This document shows, one piece after another, positions 1 to 18,950 of a stretch of 64,000 nucleotides of DNA. Both the position numbers and the translations under genes were made by a program. How positions within the stretch are numbered: the first letter of the stretch is position 1; each line of letters starts with the position of its first letter. The stretch comes from the human T2T-CHM13v2.0 reference genome, Homo sapiens. A model generated the notes under the pieces. That model was not told the origin of the DNA. It did not search any database and saw nothing but the letters and a program-made list of their open reading frames with translations. The stretch lies in assembly GCF_009914755.1 (NCBI RefSeq), contig NC_060929.1; one strand, given 5' to 3'.

Positions 1-714
1 GTGGCCCACCGTGGTATGAACGCCAAGAAAAGTCCCTTCTCCCTTGTGTTGCTTGGCATCAATGCTGATCCTGTTTAGGCCCTCTCTTTCCAAAAGCCTC
101 TCTTCATTCTCCCTTCCATTAAGCCAAGTCTCTTCCACGTAGGCCAACAGTTGAGAAAAAGGTCCAGCAGCTTGTGCTTTTGAGAAACTAGAGCCAGTCT
201 CCCTACATGGAAAATCGGGGCCACACTCCCATGGCCTGGGCTGACCATACTATCCACATTAGGAAGGGAATAACATAGGAGAGGAGGCAGTGTGGCCTCA
301 TGAGAGTTAAAAATAAACCAGATCTGAGCTCCCAACATACCACTCCCCACTGTCAACCCCTCATCCTCTGCAATACCCTCTCTTAGACTTCACCTTTATG
401 TTCTGGCCTATGCAGTCCCCAAGCCAATCCTGCCTGCCAGCAATCTCAGCCCTACCATTCTGTGGAACTTGCTCCCAAGACTGGTATCTGGTGATCCCCC
501 TGAGTACAGTCCCCAACCTGTCCTGCTGTATCTGTTGCTGCAACCTTCTACTCAGGTTTTTGACTCAGTTTTCCTAACTCCAGAAATGGACCTACCATTA
601 GGGTCCAGAAATGGACCCTGCCATCCCTGTTAGGCAGGGATTCTGAGGTTCTTTTTAGCTCTTGCAAACTCAGTTCCTGGATAATCAAGCAAGGCCCAAT
701 CCAACATTTGAACT

Positions 715-1515
715 TTAGACTATCATACATATGACATGCACAAATTGTAAGTACAGTCATGTGCCACATAATGACATTTCAGTTAATGATGGACCATATA
801 TATGATGGTGGTCCCATAAGATTATAATGCTGTATGTTTACTGTTCTTTTTCTATGTTTAGATATATTTAGATACACAAACACTTACCATTCTGTAACAA
901 TTGCCTACAGTATTCAGTTCTGTGACAGCTGTATAGGTTTGTAGCCTGGGAGCAATAGGCTATGTCATCTAGCCTAGGTGTGTAGTAGGCTATACAATCT
1001 AGGTTTGTATAAGTATACTCTATGATGTTGGTACAACAATGAAATCTCTTGACACATTTCTCAGAACTTAGCCCTATCATGAAGCGACACTTATGACTGT
1101 ATTCTGCTCAATGAAGTATCACAAAAAGAATATATCTATGTTACCACTCAGGTCAAGAGATTAACCACCAGTAGCACCCCAGAAATCCAACTTGCAACTC
1201 CTCCCAATCTCTACCTACTCCTTCCTGATAGAAACCATTCTTCCCACTTCTAACAGTACAGATTAATTTTACCTACCTTTGAACTTTATATAAATAGGAT
1301 CATACAACATGCATTTCTTGAGTGTGTGTGTGTGTGGCTTCTTTCATTTCACATGGGTGTAGGATTCATCCTTGTTGTTACATGTAGTTTTACATAATTC
1401 ATTTTCATTTCATCTCATTCATTTTCATTCATGTTATATTGAATGAAATACCATAACTCATTTATTCATTCTACTGTGTTGATGGACATTTGAGTTGTTT
1501 CCAGGTTTTGGCAAA
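715..1515 (-). mobile_element. Old L1M (L1MD/L1ME-type) 3' fragment, interrupted by Tigger3a
   Basis: Motifs such as 'catgcacaaattgtaag..', 'ccactcaggtcaaga..agcaccccagaa' and 'gatggacatttgagttgtttccag' resemble reverse-strand L1M 3' ends; the sequence resumes across the insert. Confidence 0.6.
754..1099 (+). mobile_element. Tigger3a (MER7/GOLEM family) non-autonomous TcMar-Tigger DNA transposon
   Basis: Terminal inverted repeats CAGTCAT...ATGACTG flanked by TA on both sides (752-753, 1100-1101); 346 bp; internal 'ggtggtcccataagattataat' and 'agcctaggtgtgtagtaggcta'. Confidence 0.85.
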
Positions 1516-1683
1516 CTTTGGGTTTTGCTGAGATTGATCAAAACTCGAATGGCAGGGAAGCCCTGTGCATTTCATAATCACTCTGTGCTACCCGCCATAT
1601 CTCCTGTTAACCTAAATTAAATTTCAAGTGCTTTTTTTGTCCTAAAAAGGCAAAAAGTCTCATTTCTTGCAAACAAATTTTGA

Positions 1684-2160
<477 letters not shown>

Positions 2161-3543
2161 AGAAGTTGGAGTTTTCTTTCCAGTACAGAATGCCAACACT
2201 TAATCTGGAAAGTAAAGGACATAATGTGCTCAGGGCGGGAAGAGGAACAGCAGGGATTAGATATTACATACCAGGCTAAAGATTAAGACTGTTATACAAG
2301 CTCTGCCCAATGTCAACAGTCAATGATTGTGAATAAATGAAGCCCAAAAGGTGAAGAAAACAGAAAAAGATTCTAAGACATGGGACAAAACTCTGCATAT
2401 AGGAAGACTGGTCCCACGCTGGTATTTCAAACACTAGACTTACAGCCAGCATAGTTTTCAGTATTTGACAGGGGAATCTAAAGAAGTTTTAAGGAGAACA
2501 TGGCAGCCGCTCTTTCAGGAAGACATTGAAAACTGAGGATATAGTGCCAAGAGAACCCTGGCCTGCAGGTGGGGAGATGAAAGTTCCAGCTGTTCTTGCT
2601 CTGCCAATAATTAGCTTCACACAAACATGTGCCCACAATGAATGTTTATCTGCCCATAGTCCAGGCAGCATATCTATGCATTTGTCTGTGAAAGTTCACA
2701 AGAGGACACTTGCTCGTGTGGTCATTCATTATTATTTTTTTATCATCACCATTATCCAGTTTACATTTTGCTGTTTCTTGAGCAGGTTTCCATCTTGTAC
2801 CCTGTTTTGAGGTACCCATTGGGGAAAACATCCAGAACTTTCCATAGTGAATTACTTTTATATAAAACGTTTATCACCTGGCAGTTTAGTCAGGTGAACG
2901 TAATTAGAAGTAGTTTAGAGGCTGCTGTAAAGTGTTCACCTCTGATTCCAGATATTCCCCTGCCCCTCTCCTAGAAATCCCAAAGGTTCCACTGAGGAAA
3001 GAACTTCCTGAAGACTCTGCACTCTGTGAAGATCATCAAGAGGAGCGCATGTGCTGTGCATGGTGATGGCTGCATTTGGTGAGAGGTAGATGATCAGCAG
3101 AGATAGGATTTGTCTAAACGAGAGCTGACTTAGACCTTGGGCCACTCAGGAATACCTGTGAAGAACCATCTCCTGGCTTCTAACCTAGTCAGGGCAAATT
3201 ACTCCAATACGATATATGTGCCTTTGCACTGGAGTCACTTTAATAACACAGAACACCGATGCTTCCCCATGGCTGGAAGTATTGCTTCCAAATCTAATCA
3301 CATTAACTCCACTCACTCACTACAGCTTCCTCATCCTAGCAACATCTTTTATCCCAAGGAGGCTTGTTTTCGAGCAGTCTTTTTGGCTTAAAGGCAAGAA
3401 TAGGAATTGGATGAGTTTCAATTTCCCCCAGCCAGTGCACATGTAGGACAGATGGTGGAAAACCCACGTTGGCCTGATTTTCAGAGGAACTAGTCCCTCA
3501 TGAGATCATCAATCAGTTACTAACAATCAAAAAACACCCATAA

Positions 3544-4093
<550 letters not shown>

Positions 4094-4115
4094 ACTTACA
4101 TGCTATCACCTGACA

Positions 4116-4729
4116 CGTAAATTCTCTGAGTCCTCTAAGGCAGCCTTCCTCCTGATAACAGCTGACTCAGCATGCTCCCCATATAACACCTCCAATAGGA
4201 GGCAACTTTATCTCACAAGCCTCCCATGTTCTCAGACCTGTGTGCCAATAAAATCAGCAAACCCTTGTATAGAATACACTTATAAATACATAAAAACATG
4301 TATAATATCACACATGAAATGTTTATATGTGATCCACTGCATGCCAGGCACTGTTTTGTTAACTCGCTTCACCCTCACAAGAAGCCTGAGGTGTAGGTAT
4401 TATTATTATTCCTTTCTAACAGATGAGGACACTGAGGCCCAGAGACGGTCTGCGAGTTGTCCAAGGTCACACAGCTAGTGAGTTGTCCAAGGTCACACAG
4501 CTAGTGAGTTGGATATGGAGGAAGAGGAACTCAGGATTTGATCTCTGGGGTCTGTGCTAACTATCACACTTTCAAACGTGCAATGACCCTCCTTCAAGGA
4601 GCTCCAGAAGTACAAAATCCATGCTGGCTGTGAGGAGTGGGGACAGGTCAGAGGACCTTGGGGTCGTAGATTCTGAGTCCTCTAAGGCAGCCCTCTTCCT
4701 AATAATGGCTCACTCAGCATGCTCCCCCA
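4116..4729 (+). repeat. Dispersed ~65-bp direct repeat pair (4116-4181 and 4665-4729)
   Basis: Both copies share 'tctgagtcctctaaggcagcc' and 'actcagcatgctcccc'. Confidence 0.85.
4320..4570 (-). mobile_element. MIR SINE containing a 26-bp perfect tandem duplication (4454-4511)
   Basis: MIR core 'acagatgaggacactgaggcccagaga..ccaaggtcacacagctagt'; (gagttgtccaaggtcacacagctagt)x2. Confidence 0.8.
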
Positions 4730-5045
4730 ATCCAAAGGCAGGTCTGATGCTGAAGGCTGTGGGAACCGGGGAGAGCTCTTCAATAGCAGTAGGTATTCCT
4801 GGGGCATCATGCCTGGGCACCACTGCCTACTTCAGATCATATGTGTCAAGATCTTTGGAAAGGGGGGCCCTAGGAAGGGGATTTTTAACAAGCACTTAGA
4901 TGATTCTTATCACGCTCAAGTTTTGGAGCCTGAGCTCAAGCTGAGAGGGGCAGGAAAGGAAGATGCAGTGGAGGAGGCAGAGTGGCTTCCTCTCTACGGG
5001 AAATGTTGTATTTAGAACTTAGATAGAGGCATTGGGGGTGTGATC

Positions 5046-5527
5046 TGTTGGGTTATTGTCCCCAACTATTTGCTTCCTCCCAGCCATAGGATTGCATATT
5101 CCTACCCACTGTCATGGGAGGTACTCGTGCATTCTGTGAGAGGAGTACATATCCCACCTCAATCACTTTGGACTTGGCCATGTGAAAAGCTATGGCCCAT
5201 GGGATGTGAATGGTCGTGATGTTTTTTGCCGTGTTTAACCTGAAGCTTAAATGCAACTGGATGGTTTGTCTTAGGTCTCCTTGCTTTTGTTCTCCACTGC
5301 CCTTAGGATGTCACAGATAGTGTCTATACCCTTCGTTTGGGTTTTAAAATGAGAAGACAGGTGGAGCCCCACTGAGAGCCCAGCTGAACCCAGCCAATTC
5401 TAGCAGAGCCACAGCCAATCTGCTGCTGACTCACAGTCCCCATGTAAAGTGAGCGGAGAGTAAATGTTGTTCTAAGCCACAGAGATGTCACGGTTGTTTG
5501 TTTGTTACTAATTGCAAAACTAATACA
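5046..5527 (+). mobile_element. MLT1-family (ERVL-MaLR) solo LTR
   Basis: Starts TG and ends 'ctaataca'; MLT1 motifs 'ggacttggccatgtga' and 'taagccacagagat..gttgtttgt..gttact'. Confidence 0.7.
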
Positions 5528-5829
5528 GGGCAAGAGTAGGAGGAGGACATAAGTTTTGCAAGACTTCAAACAAGATTATTTTTTCACAGATGGAGCTCTG
5601 TGTATATTATATACGTGTGTGAATGTGCTGTTCATCCAAACACAAAATAACTTTACTTTGCCATAAAAGTCACTACTGTATTCATAACAACTTTGTCTAT
5701 TGTTATATATTAATATCTAGAAACTCAAGCTTTGAAGGTGAGAAGGAAAATTAAAATAAAACATAAATTATTGGCATACTGGCACTGCTTATTTGTCTCA
5801 GGGGGAAGGGAACATCAGGGGAATCATAC

Positions 5830-5965
5830 AGAATCATTACAGAATCATGGGATTTTGGATCTTTAAGGGGCCCAAAGACTTGAAAGGTATTCTAATTCAA
5901 CCCCTCACTTTAACACATGGGGAAACTGAGGCCTGGAAAAATGAAGTGCCTTGGCCAAATGCCTT
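5830..5965 (-). mobile_element. MIR/MIR3 fragment
   Basis: 'aacccctcactttaacacatggggaaactgaggcc' core. Confidence 0.55.
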
Positions 5966-6259
5966 GTGGGAGAATCTTTGGAGCTTGAGGATGGGCACAA
6001 CTGAGAACACTGACAAGTCTAAGAAAAAACTCTCAAGAATGTTGCTAAATGTATTTTCCCACTCTTATTCCTGCTTTCCCTACCCTCTCAGAACCTTGGA
6101 ATACATTCATAGGAATAGTAAAAACATCAGATGTCCATCAGAATTTGGTTTTCTTTTCCTTTCTGGCCACACAGTTAAAGTTACTTCATTGCTTCCCCTG
6201 TCGTTAGATGAGGTCAGGTGATGAAGTGGTGGCCTCTGAAAGTGGGTAGAAATAACACA

Positions 6260-7762
<1,503 letters not shown>

Positions 7763-8715
7763 TACTTCTAGCCTAGTCCTGGTCTTTAAAGCTTTTTACA
7801 TATTCCCCCCTCTATTTCTCTCTCCTCCATTACTGGCCTGAAGAAGATGAAATTGAGGACTGTGAGGTCCTAAAAGCTCAGTACAGCCAACAGATGAAAG
7901 GCTCTTGAGTTCATGCTGACCACCAGCAAACTGTCACATGGGTGAGAAATAAACCTTTGGCTGTTGTGCTCTGAGCTAAGAGGCTGGGTGTTATAATGGC
8001 TAGCTTTATTTAGTTGGGCAAATCTAGGGACAATCCAGAGACAACCAGTACAGCCTACTGCAGATGGTAACTACTACATTTAACCAAGTAGAAGAGCAGT
8101 GATTAAGACGGAAGCCTCCAACGCCTGACCCACTGCCATTGTCCCGTCTGGAATACCATCATCAAAGTTCCAGAACAATCTCAGTTTGGCTTCATCTACA
8201 TATTCAGCCCCCTACACTGTCACCTGTAAACATGTCTACAGGTGTTCAACAACACCTGTTGGGTGACTATTTTTATAAAGTCATATAGAATGCAGTATTC
8301 TCATGTACAGATCCACGGAAACAGCACTTGGCCTTGAGTTGTGCAACTCTTTTCCATTAATCAACAGGCTCTCCATATTCCTAAGGGATAGGTTCTGAGA
8401 CCTTCTTGATTCCTCCAGTAACCTCTTTGTGTGCATTAATTTGAACTCAAGGGCAGATGGATGATGAAGCCCACTGAGATGTGGCTGCAAGGTGGTTGGG
8501 TTAGTAGCTGAAGTGAATAAAAATCGCAATATCAGAAATCAAGGAAATGTGGAGACTTCAAGAACTGGGACAACCTCCATTGTGAAATTTTCAACTAGCA
8601 AGGCAATAATAATTCTCAGCCCATTCTTCCTTTTCCTTCATAAATGCACACAATTAAAACATATTTTTCTGGCATCATCATGTCTAAATATCTAAAGCAC
8701 ACCCTTTCAGGAATG

Positions 8716-9160
<445 letters not shown>

Positions 9161-9383
9161 AAACTTTTAATCTATTGGGTGCACACTTCTAAAAATGAGG
9201 CGCTTCTCTGATTTCCTAATTGAAACTTTTTATGGAGTACTGGGGTCATTTATGAACATAAAAATTATGGTGTGATATGGTGGATATAGGATGTGCTCAG
9301 CTGCTCCTAGAGATCAAGGCTTGTTGCCAAAATCAAATGCCTAGGACTTGAGCATTTTAAGATTCTGAGTCTTCTTTTTATAG

Positions 9384-9912
<529 letters not shown>

Positions 9913-11393
9913 TAACAGCTAATAGTTCTCACTTTTGTTAGCTGACTCCCTTCTAGATCACTCAAGATAGTTTCTTCTAGCCCCTTCCACTCTATTGTTG
10001 CTTCTGATCTGATGTGAATTAAAAAACCCAATAACTAAATTTTAGAAAATTAAGGTGGTTTCAAATAAGAATAACTAGGTTCTGAGTGATGACTGAAGGA
10101 ATTTCCTACCAAACCTGTAGGTAAATAGATTTTGTTATATCTATTTTGCTCAAAAACCTATTTACCTTGCTTCCTGGATCTCATATATGTTCCAGATAGT
10201 TAAGGTTGCTGGATAGGTGAGTTTTAAATAGTGATGCATTTCTGTGTCCCAAAGTAAGACTACTGAACTTAGAAAAATATGGTATAGTATGTTTAACATT
10301 TTAAAAGGTAAGCGCTATTGTCAATTATAAAAGGCTCTCTCTTTTTCTTAATAAGTCCTCCATACCACTAGTGCATATCAGCAAAGGGTACAGCTAACTC
10401 CCCGTTGGTTGCTAGGCTTCCTGGGCCAATGGAAGTAGAGTGGGCTTCTGCAAATGTCTGCACATTTGGCCACTAGAATATTGGCTTGGCAGATCCCAGT
10501 AAATCTTCATTGACTCACTGCTTTACAATAAAAAGAGCATCACTTTGTACAGCATATAATCAATGATGTGTCTTCCAAACATTCCTCTCTGAAATCATTA
10601 ATGTTTAAAAAAAGAGATTGGGAAGTCAAAACTCAAAATGTTAGTCAATTTCTTTTTATATGTGTAAACACTCTTCTTAGTAGTTTACCCATGATGGTTT
10701 TTCATCCTTGGCCTAGAAAACATCCTATTGTCACATATCCATGCCTCTACACTCAGTTTGGGAGACAGAAATTAATATTACCATAAGAACAATAGAATTT
10801 GGAAGGGAAGTTTGATGCTTTGCCAATGCTCTCAATTATAGCAATTGCCAGTTTATTTGCAAGTCAAAATATAAATGGCTTGGGATGCTTTCATGGGTGT
10901 GCCTAAGCAGAAGGCCTGACAAACATCTGAATGTGTTTTTGAATGTCTTTGATTGCCTAAAAGATCCTATTATAATATTTTCCTTTTTTTTTTAAAGCTG
11001 TGTAAGTGCATGTGCCCAGGCGAACAGAGCCCAAGTAAGGCTAGTGGGTCAGTATGGGGAGAGCAGTAGATTGTGTTCACTTTTATATCCTGTACAGTTC
11101 AAAAGAGGGGTTCCCTGCTTAGCACAAACGTTCTGAGAACACAGTAGCACTTAGCTCCTTACAGAATGAAGGATGAGTAACCAGGCAGGGCTGCCTCTAA
11201 ATGGCAGCCTTCACTCTCACCCTCCGTCCACATGTAGGGCACACTGAACTGTATGTCACTTGAGGTATTAATAAGAGCAAGGATAGGGGTTCCAAGACGG
11301 CCAAATAGGAACAGCTCCAGTCCACAGCTCCCAGCGTGAGCAATGCAGAAGACGGGTGATTTCTGCATTTCCAACTGAGGTACCGGGTTCATC

Positions 11394-11720
11394 TCACTGG
11401 GGCTTGTTGGACAGTGGGTGCAGCCCACGGAGTGTCAGTGGAAGTAGGGGGGTGCATCGCCTCACCCGGGAAGTGTAAGGGGTCGGGAAATTCCCTTTAC
11501 TAGCCAAGGGAAGCCGTGACAGACAGTACCTGGAAAATCGGGACACTCCAACTCTAATACTGCACTTTTCCAATGGTCTTAGCAAATGGCACACTAGGAG
11601 ATTATATCCTGCCCCTGACTCGGAGGGTCCTATGCCCACGGAGCCTCGCTCACTGCTAGCACAGCAGTCTGAGATCGAACTGCAAGGTGGCAGCAAGGGT
11701 GGGGAAGGGGCGTCCACCAT
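11394..11720 (-). CDS. ORF0: L1 antisense ORF0, open, 108 aa (MVDAPSPPLLPPCSSISDCCASSERGSVGIGPSE...)
   Basis: Translation resembles the L1HS ORF0 peptide as recalled (MAGAPPPASLPPCSLISDCCASNQRDSVGVGPSEPG...); ATG at 11720 in GCAATGG context; no internal stop. Expression is unknown. Confidence 0.6.
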   Translation of the reverse strand: MVDAPSPPLLPPCSSISDCCASSERGSVGIGPSESGAGYNLLVCHLLRPLEKCSIRVGVSRFSRYCLSRLPLASKGNFPTPYTSRVRRCTPLLPLTLRGLHPLSNKPQ

Positions 11721-12293
11721 TGCTGAGGCTTGACTAGGTAAACAAAGAGGCCAGGAAGCTCGAACTGGGTGGAGCCCACTGAGCTCAAGGACGCCTGCCT
11801 GTCTCTGGATACTCCACCACTGGGGGCAGGGCATAGTGAAAAAAAGGCAGCAGAAACTTCTGCAGACTTAAATGTACCTGTCTGACAGCTTTGAAGAAAG
11901 TAGTGGTTCTCCCACCGCGGAATTTGAGATCGGAGAACAGACAGACTGCCTCCTCAAGTGGGTCCCTGACCCCCGAGTAGCCTAACTAGGAGACACTTCC
12001 CAGTAGGGGCCGACTGACACCTCATACACGCAGGTGCCCCTCTGAGACGAAGTTTCCAGAGGAAGGCTCAGGCAGCAACATTTGCTGTTCTGCAATATTT
12101 GCTGTTCTGCAGCCTCTGCTGGTGATACTCAGGCAAACAGGTTCTGGAGTGGACCTCCAGCAAACTCCAACAGACCTGCAGCTGAGGGTCCTGACTGTTA
12201 GAAGGAAAAACTAACAAACAGAAAGACATTCACACCAAAACCGCATCTGTACATCACCATCATCAAAGACCAAAGGTAGATAAAACCACAAAG

Positions 12294-13317
12294 ATGGGGA
12301 GAAACCAGAGCAGAAAAGCTGAAAATTCTAAAAATCAGAGTGCCTCTTCTCCTCCAAAGGAATGCAGCTCCTCGCCAGCAATGGAACAAAGATGGACAGA
12401 GAATGATGTTGACAAGTTGACAGAAGTAGGCTTCAGATGATTGGCAATAACAAACTTCTCTGAGCTAAAGGAGGGTGTTCAAACCCATCGCAAAGAAGCT
12501 AAAAACCTTGAAAAAGATTAGATGAATGGCTAACTAGAATAAACAGTGTATAGAGAAGACCTTAAATGACCTGATGAAGCTGAAAACCATGGCACGAGAA
12601 CTATATGACGCATGCACAAGCTTCAGTAGCTGATTTGATCAAGTGGAAGAAAGGGTATCAGTGACTGAAGATCAAATGAATGAAATGAAGTGAGAAGAGA
12701 AGTTTAGAGAAAAAAAGAGTAAAAAGAAACAAAGCCTCCAAGAAATACGGGACTATGTGAAAAGACCAAATCTATGTCTGATTGGTGTACCTGAAAGTAA
12801 CAAGGAGAATGGAACCAAGTTGGAAAACACTCTGCAGGATATTATCCAGGAGTACTTCCCCAACCTAGCAAGGCAGGCCAACATTCAAATTCAGGAAATA
12901 CAGAGAACGCCACAAAGATACTCCTCGAGAAGAGCAACTCCAAGACACATAATTGTCAGATTCACCAAAGTTGAAATGAAGGAAAAAATGTTACGGGCAG
13001 CCAGAGAGAAAGGTTGGGTTACCCACAAAGGGAAGCCCATCAGACTAACAGTGGATCTCTTGGCAGAAACTCTGCAAGCCAGAAGAGAGTGGGGGCCAAT
13101 ATTCAACATTCTTAAAGAAAAGAATTTTAAACCCAGAATTTCATATCCAGCCAAACTAAGCTTCATAAGTGAAGGAGAAATAAAATCCTTTACAGACAAG
13201 CAAGTGCTGAGAGATTTTGTCACCACCAGGCCTGCCTTACAAGAGCTCCTGAAGGAGGCACTAAACATGGGAAGGAACAACTGGTACCAGCCACTGCAAA
13301 AACATGCCAAATTGTAA
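12294..13317 (+). pseudogene. L1 ORF1p remnant (RNA-binding chaperone), disrupted
   Basis: ATG GGG AGA AAC CAG at 12294; only the C-terminal part 12757-13317 is open (..RPNLCLIGVPE..YPAKLSF..QKHAKL); frameshifts and stops upstream. Confidence 0.93.
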
Positions 13318-13380
13318 AGACCATCAAGGCTAGGAAGAAACTGCATCAACTAATAAGCAAAATAACCAGCTAGCATCATA

Positions 13381-17194
<3,814 letters not shown>

Positions 17195-18444
17195 ACAATG
17201 AGAACAGTTGGACACAGGGTGGGGAACAACACACACCAGGGCCTGTCATTGGATGGGGGGAGGGGGTGATAGCATTAGGAGATATACCTAATGTAAATGA
17301 TGGGTTAATGGGTGCAGCACACCAACATGGCACATGTATACATATGTAACAAACCTGCATGTTGTGCACATGTACCCTAAAACTTAAAGTATAATAAAAA
17401 AAAATAAGAGCAAGGATATTGTGAGTAGACAGGAGTGAGGGGCTCTATAGAACATTTCATAGCAGACACTTGGCAAAATTCCTTATTAAGCATCTTTGTA
17501 TTTGCCCTCAAAGTTCCTCCCCTATCAGTTGTCATATCTTGCCCCTTCATCTTTCCTCACACCGCTCTAAAATCCCCTCTAAAATAAAATAAAATTCTCT
17601 CTATAGTCCCAAGCAATCCTGCAATCAGCATCAGCTTGCATATCTCACTCACCAAGAGCAGGCTCATTTCTAGAGACATGGTAACCATCTAGTGTTCCTC
17701 AAAGTCAACCCCATGGGGAATCTTAGCCTTCCCACCATGTGGCCTGTTAATGTCTTTTTCCCACAAAAATTGCTGTCTTTCTATGCAGGAATATAGCTGC
17801 CAGGAAAATGTGATTTCTCCATACTGTTTCAGAAACAATAGGAATTGCCACATTGTCCCCCAACAGAAAGCTGGGCTGCTTCTCATGCTAACTTTCAGAT
17901 TACCCTCTTTCAGGCATGGACATCCCTGGGTTCTCCAAAGCTGGATCATGCCCTGTCTACAAAACACCCAGAACCTGACCTTACCGTGGCACTGATAATG
18001 AATCTTGACCTATCTTTCTCTGTACCCCCACCCCATCCCAGGCTAGTAGCTCATTGCTGTGTGTGTGTGTTTCTTTCATATCTCCCATGCTTAATGCAAA
18101 ACTGGAAACATAGAAGGTATTCAATAAATGGTTCTGAATAAATGAAATATATGTGGTGTAGTTGTATTTAGAGGGCAACTGGTAAGAATTTTATGCTCTA
18201 AAGAGCTGTTAATCATTGGAATATGTGATTGAGGGAGGTAATGCCTTTTCCATCTTGGATGGTTTAAAAATTGATAATAATGGCAACATATATTTTAATA
18301 CAATTTTAGTTTTCAAAGTATTTTCATATAAAATATTTTATTTAATTCTCTTCCCAACCCCGTGAGATTTCTGGATGGTAACACTGAGTTTGTAAACACT
18401 TCTGGCTGCTAGATGGTAGAGGTGGGACAGATGTTTTATCTTTT

Positions 18445-18950
18445 GAATATAAATTGGTGTATCCTTTTAGGGTAATATATTTTAAAAGCCGTAAGAATGT
18501 AGATACACTTTGAATCACAAAATAGGCTTCTAGAAATTTATCCCAAATGAACAGAAACAAAAACAATTCTGTACAAAGAGAACCCTACCCTCCTACTTCT
18601 AGAATCCAATATTCTGCTTTCATTTTGGTATTTATAAAAACAGAATCATGGGGAAGAGATCTAAATATCAAACCATAAGGGATTGTTTACCTAGATCGTG
18701 TTACAGTCATATAATGAAATATTATTTAACCTTTAAAGTAATGTGATAAACCAATGATATAGAAACATGGAAAAAGTAAAAAAGAAATTGAATACAGAAA
18801 GTAGATGTTTTTGATCCCAATCTAATATACATATCTCTATATGTGCACAGAAGAAAGACTGGAAATATATATTGGGAGTAGTTGTTTCTGGGAGGATGAT
18901 TCTAAAATAAAATGTGATTACTTTTGTAATAAAATAAAAAGCTATTACTA
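18445..18950 (+). mobile_element. Ancient L1ME-type 3' fragment
   Basis: 'aaattggtgtatcc', 'cttctagaaatttatccca' and 'aaatatcaaaccataagggattgttt' resemble old L1 3' ends. Confidence 0.5.

Noticed and set aside
11159-11428. 89-aa minus-strand ORF (..MNPVPQLEMQKSPVF..)
   Set aside because: Generic antisense reading of the L1 5' end running into the flank; no evidence of function.
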